Positions 1 to 12,010 of a DNA stretch of 64,000 nucleotides are shown piece by piece. Made by a program: the position numbers and the translations under genes. The stretch is from assembly GCA_035248345.1 (NCBI GenBank), contig DATFHO010000101.1, positions 80,407 through 144,406 on the forward strand, in the 5' to 3' direction. The first letter of the stretch is position 1; every line of letters begins with the position of its first letter. The stretch comes from Candidatus Limnocylindrales bacterium. Lineage in GTDB: Bacteria; Chloroflexota; Limnocylindria; Limnocylindrales; CSP1-4. The notes beneath the pieces are model-generated. The model had not been told where the DNA came from and made no database searches. It saw nothing but the letters and a program-made list of their open reading frames with translations.

Positions 1-561
1 GAGGAGCACTGGGAGGACGGGATCCCGGACAACGTCCTCCACGTGGACGACCTCCGCGGCGTGACCCTCGAAGCCGAGATGGACCTCTGGCGCCACCTCG
101 CGCAGATGGACCTGACCGCGACGATCAAGGCGGAGACCCGGCGGGAACGCGAACCCATGCAGTGGTACCTGGCCGACGGCCGCGCGGCCCGGGTCACCGG
201 CCTCTCCGACATGCTGTGGCTCCGCATCCTCGACGTGCCCGCAATGCTGGGCAGGCGCGCCTACGAGCGCGACGGCGACCTCGTCATCGAGGTCGAGGAT
301 GCCCTCGCCGACGGTCCGGGCCCTGCAGCCGGCCGCTATCGGTTGTCGGCTCGGGATGGCGTGGCCACCTGCGAGCGAACCGACGCGGCCGCGGACCTCA
401 CGGTCGGCGTCAGCCCGTTGAGTGCCGCGGTCCTCGGCGGCACGCGGCTCGCGGATGCAACGCGCGCCGGCGGCGCGACGGAACATCGCGCCGGCGCGCT
501 CCGGGAGCTGGACCTGCTGCTCACCACGGCGGACCCGCCGTGGTGCACGACCTGGTTCTAG
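1..561 (+). CDS. GNAT-family N-acetyltransferase, Eis/UPF0256-like; C-terminal part, 5'-truncated by the window edge
   Basis: Frame +1 is open from base 1. The C-terminal sterol-carrier-like region ends in ...PPWCTTWF, typical of Eis-like acetyltransferases. GC3-rich codon usage. Confidence 0.55.
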   Translation, partial: EEHWEDGIPDNVLHVDDLRGVTLEAEMDLWRHLAQMDLTATIKAETRREREPMQWYLADGRAARVTGLSDMLWLRILDVPAMLGRRAYERDGDLVIEVEDALADGPGPAAGRYRLSARDGVATCERTDAAADLTVGVSPLSAAVLGGTRLADATRAGGATEHRAGALRELDLLLTTADPPWCTTWF

Positions 562-986
562 GCCTCGGCGGAAGGGGCGGCGTCGACCGCCGGCTCGCTC
601 GCGCGCGGCTCGAAGTCGAGCGACGCGGAGTTCATGCAGTAGCGCATGCCGGTGGGCCGGGGTCCATCGGGAAACAGGTGGCCGAGATGCGCGCCACACG
701 TGGCGCACGTCGCCTCGACCCTGCGCATCCCGAGGGTTCGATCCTCGTGGAGGGCAACGCGACCGGGCTCGAGCTCCGCGAAGAAGCTCGGCCAACCGGA
801 GCCGGACTCGAACTTCGTCGTCGAGTCGAACAGCGGCGTGGAGCACACGACGCAGCGGTACGTGCCCTCGTCGTGGTTGTCCCAGTAGATGCCGGTGAAG
901 GCGCGCTCGGTCTGGCCCTGCTGGGTGACCGCGTACTGGAGGGGCGAGAGCTTGGCGAGGCGGGCCTCGACGTTCGTGTTCGTCAT
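558..986 (-). CDS. msrB: Peptide-methionine (R)-S-oxide reductase MsrB
   Basis: 142 aa starting [10 protein letters not shown]. Zn-binding CxxC pairs ([10 protein letters not shown] / [12 protein letters not shown]) and the GWPSF motif. ATG at 984-986. The long upstream extension in the ORF track is discarded as Arg-rich junk. Confidence 0.85.
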   Translation of the reverse strand: MTNTNVEARLAKLSPLQYAVTQQGQTERAFTGIYWDNHDEGTYRCVVCSTPLFDSTTKFESGSGWPSFFAELEPGRVALHEDRTLGMRRVEATCATCGAHLGHLFPDGPRPTGMRYCMNSASLDFEPRASEPAVDAAPSAEA

Positions 987-1056
987 GCGCGGATCATGCG
1001 CCGAACGTGTGTCGGCAGCGTGACGGCCCGTGTCGCGGAGCGTCCGGCCGCTGGCG

Positions 1057-1695
1057 TCAGCGCCTGACGATTCGGGCCAGCCAGGCGCTCGGCTCGGCAC
1101 CGGACCAGCCGCTCGCCACCGAGAACGACTCGGCGATGACGCGCTGCACGCGCCAGTCGCCCGAGAAGGTCGCCCGGAGCTCGCCCTCGGTGACGCGCCG
1201 CGGTCCGTCCGTGCCGGGCGTGAGCTCGGAGAAGCACAGCAGGTGCAGCACACTACCCGGCTCCATCACGGACGCGAGGCTCCGCGCATACAGCGGCCGA
1301 TCGGCATTCGCGAAGGTGTGGAAGCAACCAACATCGATCACCGTGTCGAACGGCGGATCGAGCCGCGGCACGCCCGACAGGTCCAGCACGTCGCCGACGA
1401 GGAACTCGGCGATGAGGCCGCGCTGGCGCGCCTTGCCCCGCGCTCGCTCGATTGCCACCTGCGACACGTCCACGCCGGTCACCTGGAGGCCCATCGTGGA
1501 TGCGAGCAGGGCGTGCTCGCCGGAGCCGCAGCCGACATCGAGGACGTGGCCCGTGAGCTCACCGGCACCCGCGACGCGCACGATCGCGGGCTGCGGGCGC
1601 CCGATATCCCAGGGCACGCGCCCGCCACGATATGCATCATCCCACGACCCCCCGGCCATTGGCAGAGCATAGGGGCGGTGGGAAGCCCCGGCCAC
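1057..1695 (-). CDS. Class I SAM-dependent methyltransferase
   Basis: SAM-binding motif [14 protein letters not shown] followed by an acidic loop VDVS. Alternative start M13 at 1659. Confidence 0.7.
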   Translation of the reverse strand: MAGASHRPYALPMAGGSWDDAYRGGRVPWDIGRPQPAIVRVAGAGELTGHVLDVGCGSGEHALLASTMGLQVTGVDVSQVAIERARGKARQRGLIAEFLVGDVLDLSGVPRLDPPFDTVIDVGCFHTFANADRPLYARSLASVMEPGSVLHLLCFSELTPGTDGPRRVTEGELRATFSGDWRVQRVIAESFSVASGWSGAEPSAWLARIVRR

Positions 1696-1711
1696 CCGAA
1701 CGGATGGGCCC

Positions 1712-2071
1712 CTACCGGCCGCCGGCCTCCAGGTCCGCGAGCCGCGACGCGACGAGGTCGTCGAGCACGGCGTCGGGAAGCGGCTGCTCCGGGCTGAAAT
1801 GGAGGCTGCCCTTGGTCGTCGCGTACCCGCGCAGCAGGTCCGCGTGGCGCGCCATGACGTCGTCGCGCATCGGGTACACGCTCGAGTGGCGCTTCCAGCC
1901 GGCGTACGAGATCAGGAACGTCGTTCCGAGCTTGAACGCCGGCATGCCGTAGCTGATCGTCTCGGTCGCCTGCGGCGCGAGGCTCGCGACCCGGCGGCGG
2001 AGCGCTTCGAGCTGGTCTCGCTGCGCTGCCGGCAACGTCGCCAGGTACGCGTCCACGCGGGGGTCCGTCAA
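1712..2071 (-). CDS. DUF1801 (YdhG-like) domain protein
   Basis: 119 aa with TTG start (TTG ACG GAC CCC = LTDP). Small alpha/beta protein typical of the YdhG/DUF1801 family. Confidence 0.5.
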   Translation of the reverse strand: MTDPRVDAYLATLPAAQRDQLEALRRRVASLAPQATETISYGMPAFKLGTTFLISYAGWKRHSSVYPMRDDVMARHADLLRGYATTKGSLHFSPEQPLPDAVLDDLVASRLADLEAGGR

Positions 2072-2078
2072 GGGAAAG

Positions 2079-2154
2079 TGGCTCCGGCGGTAGGACTCGA
2101 ACCTACGACCAAGTGATTAACAGTCACCCGCTCTACCAACTGAGCTACGCCGGA
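2079..2154 (-). tRNA. tRNA-Asn (anticodon GTT)
   Basis: Reverse complement reads TCCGGCG-TA-GCTC-AGTTGGTA-GAGC-G-GGTGA-CTGTTAA-TCACT-TGGTC-GTAGG-TTCGAGT-CCTAC-CGCCGGA-G-CCA. That is 76 nt with a 7-bp acceptor stem, GTT in the anticodon loop, a T-loop TTCGAGT and an encoded CCA. Confidence 0.85.
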
Positions 2155-2224
2155 ACGTGCAGCGCCGACCGCGCCGGACGGGGAGGATATCAGAGGGTCG
2201 CCGCTCGGCCGTGTTCGCCGCAGG

Positions 2225-2998
2225 TCAGCGGGCGCGGAACGCGAGGCCTCCGCCGCCACCCTGCAGCAGGAGGCGGTCGCCGTTGATCGCCGCCGCGATC
2301 GACGGCGCGCGGAGCAGCTGCACGACCGCTGCTTCGACCTGGCCGGCCGCGTCCGCGCAGGCCTTCTTGGTGAGGACGAGGTCGCTGATCTCGATGCCCG
2401 CGCCGACCGCCTTCCAGCTGCCGCCGCCGGTATTGCAGCCGTCGTCGACGTCGAGCGTCCCGTCGGCATGGAAGACCAGCGTTGCCACGACGCCGCCCGG
2501 AATGCTCGAGACGACGTCGCCCGTGGTGATCGAGTCGAGGACCCATGTCGTGCCGGCGATCGGCCGGTCCGGGTTGACGACCTTCTCGTCGCGCAGGTGC
2601 ACGACCACGTCGTCCGTGCGCACCTCCAGCTCATCGGCGGTGAGCGTCAGGTGCGGCTTCGCGGTCAGCACCCGCTGCAGCCACTCGTCCTGCGCCATCC
2701 GCGGCTGATCGCAGCCCATGTCCGTCGTGGCCAATGCGTTCGTTTCCAGCCGGTCGCCAGCCATCTGGTAGTTGCCGCTCACGGTGTTGCACCCGACCGA
2801 CGCCTTGATCGTGTCGAGCACGGAGAAATCGAGGCGAAGCGTGGTGCCCGGCACGAGCTGCTTCGGGACGCCGTTCTCGGTGATCGAGACGGACAGGAAG
2901 ACCCGTCCCCCGACCGCCGGCGCCGTAGCCTGGCAAGCGCCGAGCGTCGCCGCGGCAAGCACCCCGATGACGAGCACGGAACGAAACAGGTTGGTCAC
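2225..2998 (-). CDS. Lipoprotein with tandem META/HslJ-like (DUF306) domains
   Basis: Signal peptide plus lipobox LGAC. Two repeated ~110-aa modules of the type found in HslJ/META domain proteins. Confidence 0.55.
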   Translation of the reverse strand: MTNLFRSVLVIGVLAAATLGACQATAPAVGGRVFLSVSITENGVPKQLVPGTTLRLDFSVLDTIKASVGCNTVSGNYQMAGDRLETNALATTDMGCDQPRMAQDEWLQRVLTAKPHLTLTADELEVRTDDVVVHLRDEKVVNPDRPIAGTTWVLDSITTGDVVSSIPGGVVATLVFHADGTLDVDDGCNTGGGSWKAVGAGIEISDLVLTKKACADAAGQVEAAVVQLLRAPSIAAAINGDRLLLQGGGGGLAFRAR

Positions 2999-3046
2999 GG
3001 CGGGCTGACGGTAGCGAGCGCCACCCGGTTCCGGTAGCCTCCCCCG

Positions 3047-3949
3047 ATGGACCCCGACAGCTCACCGCTCATCAGCGTCGACCGCCTCGCCGAGTGGCTC
3101 GAAGCGTCGGTGCCGCCCATCGTCATCGACCTCCGCTGGTACCTCGGGCGACCCGGCGACGGGCGCAGGGCGTTCCTCGACGGCCACCTGCCGGGCGCGA
3201 TCTTCCTCGACCTCGATGACGATCTCGCGGATCTGAACGGGTACGGGGCCCCGGGACGCCATCCCCTCCCCTCTCCCGCCGCGTTCGCGGCCCGCATGGC
3301 CGAGGCCGGCATTGGCGACGGCCGGCGCGTCGTCGGCTACGACGACGTGGGCGGCTGGGTCGCCGCCCGCCTGTGGTGGATGCTCGACAATCTCGGCTAC
3401 GGCCGGCGCGGGATCGCCGGCGAGTGGGTCGGCGTGCTCAACGGCGGCATCGGCGCGTGGACCGCTTCGGGCCGCGCGCTCGAGACCGGCGAGCATGCGC
3501 TCCCCTCTGCGTCGGGCGGCATGCACCTCGGCGACGCCTGGCGTGGCGTCATCGATCGCGAGACGCTCAAGTCGCGACTGGGGGACGTGACGCTGCTCGA
3601 TGCCCGTGGCGCACCGCGCTACCGCGGCGAGATCGAGCCGGTCGATCCGGTCGCCGGCCACATCCCCACGGCGCTCAGCGCGCCGATCGACGGCAACCTC
3701 GATCCCTCGGGGACGCTCAAGTCGCTCGATGCGATCCGAGCACGCTACGGCGAGCTCGGGATCGTCGAGGGCGCGCCGGGCGAGGTCGTCATCTCGTGCG
3801 GCTCGGGCACGTCGGCGACGCATCACTCGCTCGCGATGCGCGCAGCGGGCCTGCCCGATCCGACGCTGTACGTCGGGTCGTATTCCGACTGGAGCCGCTC
3901 CGGCGAGCCGGTCGCTACCGGGCCCGAGCCCGGAGATCCCCCGCGCTGA
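3047..3949 (+). CDS. sseA: Thiosulfate/3-mercaptopyruvate sulfurtransferase (tandem rhodanese domains)
   Basis: Two rhodanese modules. Active-site loop VVISCGSGTSATH with the catalytic Cys near the C-terminus. Confidence 0.8.
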   Translation: MDPDSSPLISVDRLAEWLEASVPPIVIDLRWYLGRPGDGRRAFLDGHLPGAIFLDLDDDLADLNGYGAPGRHPLPSPAAFAARMAEAGIGDGRRVVGYDDVGGWVAARLWWMLDNLGYGRRGIAGEWVGVLNGGIGAWTASGRALETGEHALPSASGGMHLGDAWRGVIDRETLKSRLGDVTLLDARGAPRYRGEIEPVDPVAGHIPTALSAPIDGNLDPSGTLKSLDAIRARYGELGIVEGAPGEVVISCGSGTSATHHSLAMRAAGLPDPTLYVGSYSDWSRSGEPVATGPEPGDPPR

Positions 3950-3962
3950 TCGGAGGCCCGCG

Positions 3963-4412
3963 ATGCCCGCTACCCAGGCGATGACGCCCTCCACCGAGAT
4001 CCGCGACACGGTGCTCGAGATGTACCGGCGGATGCTGGCCGGGGAGGGCGACGCGGCGAACGACCTGATCTCACGGGACCCCGCGCTGATCTTCATCGGC
4101 TCCGCGGGCGAATGGGTCGACGACCAGGCGACGCTTCGCAGCGGGACGCAGGAGCCCGGCGAAGGTCTGGTCGCAGGCCCGAATCCCGTCGGTTACGCGA
4201 ACGGCGACGTCGGCTGGTTCGCGGATCAGCCGTCCTGGCTGTTCACGGACGGCACGCGCGCCGAGATGCGGCTGACTGCCGTGCTCCAGCGTGAGGCCGA
4301 GGGCTGGCGGATCGTCAACATGCACATGTCCGTCGCCGTGCCGGACGACCAGTGCGTGATGCTCCAGCGCCGCTGGAAGTACGGCATCCCGGCCACCGAA
4401 CCGGGCTCCTGA
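3963..4412 (+). CDS. NTF2-like / SnoaL-like (DUF4440-type) small protein
   Basis: 150 aa from ATG at 3963 (MPATQAMTPSTEIRDTVLEMYRRMLAGEGDA...). The upstream part of ORF 3600..4412 overlaps the rhodanese gene and is Arg/Ser-rich, so the downstream start was preferred. Confidence 0.5.
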   Translation: MPATQAMTPSTEIRDTVLEMYRRMLAGEGDAANDLISRDPALIFIGSAGEWVDDQATLRSGTQEPGEGLVAGPNPVGYANGDVGWFADQPSWLFTDGTRAEMRLTAVLQREAEGWRIVNMHMSVAVPDDQCVMLQRRWKYGIPATEPGS

Positions 4413-4500
4413 GCTCGCGCCGCCTGCACTGTCGATTCCGGCCTGACTCGTTCGTCGATCCATCGAAGCGGCCGATCGGTCGCGTGATGGAGGTTCGGCC

Positions 4501-4854
4501 GTGAGCAACAAGATCGTGCACGCGGAAGTGGTCGGCAAGGATGGCCCGGCGATCCAGAAGTTCTGGGGCGACCTGTTCGGGTGGAACCAGAACCACGACT
4601 TTCCGGGCGGCTACGCGATGACCGACGCCGCCGATTCGGGCATCGTCCTCGGGACCGGCCCGGCGCCCGACGGCGGCAATGGCTGGGTGACGTTCTACGT
4701 GACGGTCGATGACCTCGACGCGTCGCTCGAGCGTGCGACGGCACTCGGCGGCAGGGTCGTGGCGCCCAAGTTCAGCCCCGCCCCGGACACATACCTCGCG
4801 ATGGTTGCCGACGCCGAGGGCCACGTCGTCGGCCTCAGCCAGGGCTCGATGTAG
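4501..4854 (+). CDS. VOC/glyoxalase-family protein
   Basis: 117 aa with GTG start. A beta-alpha-beta-beta-beta glyoxalase-like pattern (IVHAEVVGKD...GWVTFYVTVDDLDASL). Confidence 0.55.
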   Translation: MSNKIVHAEVVGKDGPAIQKFWGDLFGWNQNHDFPGGYAMTDAADSGIVLGTGPAPDGGNGWVTFYVTVDDLDASLERATALGGRVVAPKFSPAPDTYLAMVADAEGHVVGLSQGSM

Positions 4855-4983
4855 CGGCAGACGGGCCGCGAACCAGTGAACGGCCCCGTCATCGGCGGGG
4901 CCGTTTGCCGGGGGCATCGACTTCGAACGCGGCCGCCTCGCCTGGTGCGACTGGGTCCTCGACCTGGGCGCGGAGCGCGCGCC

Positions 4984-5184
4984 TCAGCCCTCGGCGAGGC
5001 GAACCGCCACGCCGTAGACCTCGCCGTCCTCGGGATCGCGCCGGGGCGCGACCGTGATCCGGCGGCGACGGCCGCCGATCTCGACCCAGCCCGCAAGCGG
5101 GCGTCCCCCCTCGAGGACGCGCCCGACGATGTCGAACGCCCGTTTCGGCCACTCGGGCAGGGCCTCGGTCGCGGGCAGCCCCAC
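4984..5184 (-). CDS. Hypothetical small protein (66 aa) downstream of rpoD
   Basis: GC3-rich ORF with GTG start and no recognisable domain. It could be non-coding. Confidence 0.2.
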   Translation of the reverse strand: MGLPATEALPEWPKRAFDIVGRVLEGGRPLAGWVEIGGRRRRITVAPRRDPEDGEVYGVAVRLAEG

Positions 5185-5276
5185 GCAGCCCGCGCCGAAC
5201 TCGGCGATGAACGCCGGGTTCGCATGGACGATCCGGGAGCCGCGTCCGTAGAGGAGCGCGACTGGCTGTTGCGGAC

Positions 5277-5320
5277 CGGCTGCGCGCGGCGTCTCCGCCG
5301 CGCCGCCGGACCCGCGTCCG
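5277..5320 (-). terminator. Candidate rpoD terminator: two adjacent GC hairpins (GCGGCG-TCTC-CGCCGC and CCGGAC-GCGG-GTCCGG)
   Basis: Inverted repeats immediately 3' of the rpoD stop (5324) on the minus strand. No U-tract follows, as is common in high-GC genomes. Confidence 0.35.
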
Positions 5321-5323
5321 GGA

Positions 5324-7078
<1,755 letters not shown>

Positions 7079-7085
7079 GGCGGGC

Positions 7086-9209
7086 CTACCTCCGTACGGT
7101 GGTCAACAGATGGGTCTGGTCGCGGCGTCGGTGCAGCGACTTTCGTTGCTCGTTCATGGCCTGGCTTTCGCGCAGGTACTGGTCGATCGCGGCCCGGTCG
7201 GCGGACTGCTCCGCCTCCGCGAGCGCAGCGGCGATGTAGTCGGCGCGCTCGTCGAGCGAGCGCTCCTCGAGATCGATCGTCAGCCGCTCGATCTCGTAGG
7301 CGAGGTCCGCAGCGGACAACGCGCGCGGATTGGGCTCGCGCCGGGCGATCACCGCCTGGGCGAGCGAGGCGGTCTCGGGATCGAGCCCGGCGATGAGCGC
7401 GGTGAGGCTGAACGGCGGGTGCACGCCCTTGTCGTCCGGCTCGCGGGCGATGACGACGGCCCGGAAGAGCTCGCGCGCGACCGTGCTCGGCAGCTGGTCC
7501 GGCCCGATCGCGTCGACGACCTTCAGCTGCATCTCCGGGACGAGCAGCAGGATCCGCAGGAACTCGGCCTCCTGCGGCAGGACGCCGCGCAGGATCTCCG
7601 CGATCGGCAGGGAGTCCTGGGCAGACACGATGGACTCTGCGTTGATGCGCCCGGTGTCAACACCGGTCCCGCCCGCGGTGGCCGGCCGGACCGCGCCGAC
7701 CGGCGCCATGCCCGCGTTCGCGAGACCGGACGCGCCACCGAGGCGGGTGCCCCGGAGGACCTCGAGGAGCACGCGCTCCTCCACCCCGGACACGCGATGC
7801 ACCAGCTGGAGGTACGCGTCGCGCATGACCGGGTTCGGGACGGCGCGGATCGTGGGCATCACGGCATCGACGAAGCGGGCCTTGCCGCCGGGCGTCTTGA
7901 GGTCGTACGTCTTCGCGTAGCTGTCGACGAGGTACTCGACGATCGGCTGGGCCGTGCGGACCTCCTCGCGCCAGCGATCCGGGCTTTCACGGAGGACCTC
8001 ATCCGGGTCCTTGCCCTCGGGGAGCCGGACGACGCGGACCTCGTCCAGCTCGATGCCGCTCTCGGTCGCGGCCAGCTGGCCGATCAGGGCCTGCAGCGCC
8101 TGCACGCCGAACGTGCCGGCCTTCTGCCCGGCGGCATCGACGTCGTACGCGAGCGCGATCCGCTTCGCATAGCGGGTCAGCAGCGCGACCTGGCCCGGGG
8201 TCAGCGCCGTCCCCAGGGACGCGACGACGTTGTCGAAGCCGGCTTGGTGGGCCATCAACGCGTCCGTATAGCCCTCGACGATCACGGCCTGGCCCGTCTT
8301 GCGCATCGACGTCTTGGCCTTGTCGATGAGATACAGGGAACGGCTCTTGTCGAAGAGCGGGGTGCCCGGGGTGTTGAGGTACTTCGGGCCGGTGTCGCGA
8401 CCGCCCTCCCCTTCCTTGCCCAGGATGCGGCCGCCCATGCCCGTGGCCGCCCCGTTCTGATCGCGGATCGGCCACAGCACGCGGCCGCGGAACTTGTCGA
8501 TGACGCCGACGCCGCGCTGCGGCGATCGAGCCGGCGAGGCGAGACCGGCCTCGACCAGCTCATCGGGACGAATGCCTTTCTTCTCGACCAGCGCGCGGCT
8601 CATGACATCCCACGCGTCCGGCGCCCAGCCGAGCTGTGCCGCGGCGATCGACTCGTCGGTGAAGCCGCGGTCGTGGAGGTAGTCCAGTGCGGGCTTGCCG
8701 TGCGAGGTCGCCGTCAGCACCTGGTGGTAGAACGCGATGGCCGTCTCCATGACCTCGCGGAGGCGGGCCTTGTGCATGTCCTCGCGCTTGGTCCGCTCGT
8801 CGATCTCGACGCCGGCCTTCGCGGCGAGGACCTTCAGGGCCTCCGGGAACGTGAGGTGATCGCGCTCCATCACGAAGCTGAAGACGTCACCGCCGAGGCC
8901 GCAGCCGAAGCACTTCCAGGATTCGCGGTTCGGGGTGACCGTGAACGAGGGCGTCTTCTCGCCGTGGAAGGGGCACAGGCCCTTGAAGGTCGTGCCTGCC
9001 TTCTTCAGCTGCACCGTCTCGCCGATCACCTCGACGATGTTCAGCTTGCTCTTGACTTCTGCTGCCGCGCCGCCTGCCGTCTCGCTCGCCTCCAGGTCCT
9101 GCCAGTCATTCCTACGCCCGGAACCACGCTTTGGTTGCGAATACGCCGGACATGGCTGTCGGCCTGTCAAGTCTTGACAAGCCGTCAGGGGGCATCGTAC
9201 CCCTCCCAT
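7086..9209 (-). CDS. dnaG: DNA primase DnaG (start uncertain)
   Basis: Zn-ribbon [11 protein letters not shown]...[24 protein letters not shown] region [30 protein letters not shown]. No stop occurs upstream for a further 150 codons. The ATG at 9209 (MGGVRCPL, preceded by AAGAGG) was chosen. An in-frame TTG at 9170 is an alternative. Confidence 0.8.
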   Translation of the reverse strand: MGGVRCPLTACQDLTGRQPCPAYSQPKRGSGRRNDWQDLEASETAGGAAAEVKSKLNIVEVIGETVQLKKAGTTFKGLCPFHGEKTPSFTVTPNRESWKCFGCGLGGDVFSFVMERDHLTFPEALKVLAAKAGVEIDERTKREDMHKARLREVMETAIAFYHQVLTATSHGKPALDYLHDRGFTDESIAAAQLGWAPDAWDVMSRALVEKKGIRPDELVEAGLASPARSPQRGVGVIDKFRGRVLWPIRDQNGAATGMGGRILGKEGEGGRDTGPKYLNTPGTPLFDKSRSLYLIDKAKTSMRKTGQAVIVEGYTDALMAHQAGFDNVVASLGTALTPGQVALLTRYAKRIALAYDVDAAGQKAGTFGVQALQALIGQLAATESGIELDEVRVVRLPEGKDPDEVLRESPDRWREEVRTAQPIVEYLVDSYAKTYDLKTPGGKARFVDAVMPTIRAVPNPVMRDAYLQLVHRVSGVEERVLLEVLRGTRLGGASGLANAGMAPVGAVRPATAGGTGVDTGRINAESIVSAQDSLPIAEILRGVLPQEAEFLRILLLVPEMQLKVVDAIGPDQLPSTVARELFRAVVIAREPDDKGVHPPFSLTALIAGLDPETASLAQAVIARREPNPRALSAADLAYEIERLTIDLEERSLDERADYIAAALAEAEQSADRAAIDQYLRESQAMNEQRKSLHRRRDQTHLLTTVRR

Positions 9210-9245
9210 ACCCCTCTTGACAAGAGGGTTTGTCAATACCCCTTG
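9160..9245. promoter_or_regulatory. dnaG upstream region with two copies of TCTTGACAAG, a third TTGTCAA and a hairpin cctctt-GAC-aagagg
   Basis: gtcaagTCTTGACAAGccg ... ccTCTTGACAAGagggTTTGTCAAtac. TTGACA hexamers occur on both strands in the 196-bp interval between divergent dnaG and the BNR gene. Confidence 0.3.
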
Positions 9246-9405
9246 GGAGTATTCCGTCCGGCGCCGCCGGCGCCAACGGCTCTCACCGGTGGCCCAGACC
9301 AATTCCCGCAGGTATCGGTCATACGACCGATGACGCTCGCGCCTGCCCGGCGGAGCCTTCACGGAGAAGCGGCAGTGTCGCCGCCACGGTGGAGGCGCAA
9401 TTTCC

Positions 9406-11151
9406 ATGGCCCGACTTACGGTCCGTCCCAGGCCCGGCGCGCTGGCGTTGCTCGGCGCGCTCGCGCTGCTCGTCCCGGCAATGCCTGCGAGCGCCGTCTC
9501 GACCGACACTCGGCTCGAATTCGGCGGCAATAAGCACGTCTTCGGCCAGATGTTCGAGGACGAGCCGTCGGTCGCCCTCGACCCGGCGCACCCGAACATC
9601 CTCGCCGCCGGCGTCAACGACAACCCGGACGGTGAGGCCTGCAACGCCGGCGATCCCACGGACTGCGCCTACACCGATGGCGCCGGAGGCGCCGGCATCT
9701 CGTTCTCGACCGATGGCGGCTCGACGTGGACCGCGCCGACGTACACGGGCTGGTCGGCGCGGGGCTGCCTCGGCCCGGAGGAGTGCGTTCCCGATCCGAA
9801 CGGGCCCATCAGCACGCTGCCCTGGTACGACGACATCGACATGTACACCATCGGTGACCCGGCCCTGGCGTTCGGTCCGCGACCGGACGCACAGGGTCGC
9901 TTCTCGTGGGCGAACGGCTCGCGGCTGTACTACGCCGCGATCGCGCTGCCCTTCCTGACGAACACCTCCTTCAAGGGCCAGGATGGGATCTACGTGTCGC
10001 GGACCGATGACGTCGCCGGTGCGATGGCCGGCGCGAAGTCGGCGTGGATGGCGCCGGTCCTCGTGGGCAAGCAGAACGCAGCGGTGACCCAGGACAAGAA
10101 CCAGCTGTGGGTCGACAACGCCGCGTCGAGCCCCTTCTTCGGCAACGTCTACGAGTGCAACGTCGCCTACCGGGGCGCCGGCAAGTCCTACTACGGCAAC
10201 GGCGAACCGATCCCGGACCCGGTGGTGTTCAGCCGTTCGACCGACGGCGGCACCACCTGGTCGACCAGCCAGATCTCGTCCGCGACGAACAACAAGCAGT
10301 CCGGCGGCCGGCAGGCCTGCAGCATCCGGACGACCAGTGACGGCGTCGTCGTCGTCATCTGGATCGGACAGAGCGACACGGTGCTCAACGCGGCCAGCGT
10401 CCTCTACGAGACCCGCTCCTACGACGGCGGCATCCGCTTCGAGAAGCCCCGACCGATCGGCACGACGACCTCGATCGGTCAGCTCGATCCCATGCAGGGC
10501 ACCACATCCATCGACGGCGTCGCCGGGGCGCGTACGTGGAACGCGCCGACGATCGACATCGCCAACGGCGCCCCGAGCGGTGCCGGCGCCACGAACCGGA
10601 TCGTCGTGGCGTGGTCGGACGATCGCAACGGCACGAACCAGGAGCAGGGCTGGCTCATCGCGTCGGCCGACAACGGCGGGACGTTCGGTTCGCCCGTCGC
10701 GTTCGGCCGCGCCGGTGATCGAGTCAACCAGCCGGCCGTCGCGATCTCCCCCGACGGCGCGAATGTCTACGTGGTCTACAACGCGTTCCTCGATCCATGG
10801 CGGAGCACGACGGCCGACCCGCGGCGAATGCTCGGGGTCGTCCGACAGGCTTCGTGGGGCAGCCTCGGAACCTGGTCGACCCTCCACACGGGCACGATCG
10901 CCGACGCACGGGGCGCGTCAGCCAACCCGCTCGAGAACGAGTTCCTGGGCGACTACAACAGCGCCGTCGCGACGAACAGCGGTGTCTTCGGGGCGTGGAA
11001 CGACGCTCGCGACGCGGCCTTGTGCCCCGCGATCGACGCGTATCGCCAGTCGATCCTCGACGGGAGCCCGACGGCGGCCCCGGCGCCGCAGCAGGACTGT
11101 CCGGATACGTTCGGCGCCGCGAGCATCTACGGCGGCTGGTACACCCCGTAA
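9406..11151 (+). CDS. Secreted BNR/Asp-box repeat protein (sialidase/glycoside-hydrolase-like)
   Basis: Signal peptide MARLTVRPRPGALALLGALALLVPAMPASA. Asp-box repeats STDGGSTW, STDGGTTW and SADNGGTF. GGAGG lies 10 nt upstream of the ATG. Confidence 0.6.
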   Translation: MARLTVRPRPGALALLGALALLVPAMPASAVSTDTRLEFGGNKHVFGQMFEDEPSVALDPAHPNILAAGVNDNPDGEACNAGDPTDCAYTDGAGGAGISFSTDGGSTWTAPTYTGWSARGCLGPEECVPDPNGPISTLPWYDDIDMYTIGDPALAFGPRPDAQGRFSWANGSRLYYAAIALPFLTNTSFKGQDGIYVSRTDDVAGAMAGAKSAWMAPVLVGKQNAAVTQDKNQLWVDNAASSPFFGNVYECNVAYRGAGKSYYGNGEPIPDPVVFSRSTDGGTTWSTSQISSATNNKQSGGRQACSIRTTSDGVVVVIWIGQSDTVLNAASVLYETRSYDGGIRFEKPRPIGTTTSIGQLDPMQGTTSIDGVAGARTWNAPTIDIANGAPSGAGATNRIVVAWSDDRNGTNQEQGWLIASADNGGTFGSPVAFGRAGDRVNQPAVAISPDGANVYVVYNAFLDPWRSTTADPRRMLGVVRQASWGSLGTWSTLHTGTIADARGASANPLENEFLGDYNSAVATNSGVFGAWNDARDAALCPAIDAYRQSILDGSPTAAPAPQQDCPDTFGAASIYGGWYTP

Positions 11152-11242
11152 CGCGACGCTCGCTTCGCGATCATGGATCGGCCCCGGGCTTCCGGGGCCG
11201 ATCCCGTTTCCTCGCCGGCGAGGTGCACTACGATGCACCGCC

Positions 11243-12010
11243 ATGGACCTCGGGCTCGCGACACTGCGCGCACTCGTCACCGGCGGCTCGGACGGCCTCG
11301 GTGCCGCCGTCGCTCGGGTGCTCGCAGGGGAGGGAGCCAGGGTCGCCGCCGCGGCACGTGCGTCCGATCGGCTGACGGGCATCGCGTCGGAGACCGGTGC
11401 CCACGCGATCGCCGCCGATCTCTCGACGGCGGACGGCCCGAGGCAAGCGGTCGACTCCGCGATCGATGCCCTCGGCGGGCTCGACCTGGTCGTCGTCAAC
11501 AGCGGCGGTCCTCCGCCCGGGCGCTTCGAGGACCTGTCCGAGGAGCAGTGGCAGCAGGCGATCGACGGCACGCTCTGGAGCTCCATCCGCCTCGTCCGGG
11601 CGGCGCTCCCGCACCTGCGCGACAGCACGGCGCCGGCGATCCTCGTGATCCTCTCCTCATCGGTGCGCGAGCCGATCCAGGCGCTCATGACCTCGAACGT
11701 CCTGCGCCCCGGGCTCGCGGGCATGATCAAGGCGCTCGTACCCGAGATCGCGCCGGTCCGGATCAACGGCATCGCGCCGGGGCGCGTGTCCACGAACCGG
11801 ATCGCACGACTGGATGCCAAGCGGGCGGCGGATGGCGGCGTCCCGGTCGAGGAGATCGAGCGGCAGACGATCGCGCGTATTCCGTTGGGCCGGTACGGCG
11901 ATCCTTCGGAGGTCGGCCGGCTGGGCGCCTTCCTCTTGTCGCCCGCCGCCTCGTACGTCAACGGGGCGATCGTGCCCGTTGATGGCGGCATGGTGAAAGC
12001 GCTTCCGTGA
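11243..12010 (+). CDS. SDR-family oxidoreductase
   Basis: Gly-rich loop LVTGGSDGLG, NSGG and the catalytic region of classical SDRs. The ATG at 11243 is in frame with the long track ORF, whose upstream part is Arg/Pro-rich junk. Confidence 0.75.
   Translation: MDLGLATLRALVTGGSDGLGAAVARVLAGEGARVAAAARASDRLTGIASETGAHAIAADLSTADGPRQAVDSAIDALGGLDLVVVNSGGPPPGRFEDLSEEQWQQAIDGTLWSSIRLVRAALPHLRDSTAPAILVILSSSVREPIQALMTSNVLRPGLAGMIKALVPEIAPVRINGIAPGRVSTNRIARLDAKRAADGGVPVEEIERQTIARIPLGRYGDPSEVGRLGAFLLSPAASYVNGAIVPVDGGMVKALP

Noticed and set aside
162-1067. 301-aa + ORF and several other Arg-rich ORFs at 422..898 and 1007..1797
   Set aside because: Overlap msrB and the methyltransferase on the opposite strand. 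Composition bias (R/P/A/G) and lack of motifs mark them as GC-induced open frames.
2079-2154. Possibility that the tRNA-Asn marks an integrated mobile element or island
   Set aside because: No integrase, recombinase, direct repeat of the tRNA 3' end, or GC shift was seen within the flanking ~10 kb. Neighbours are ordinary housekeeping genes.
3600-3962. N-terminal 120-aa extension of the NTF2-like ORF overlapping the rhodanese gene
   Set aside because: The extension is Arg/Ser-rich and lies inside the well-supported rhodanese coding frame. The internal ATG at 3963 starts a compact NTF2-like domain.
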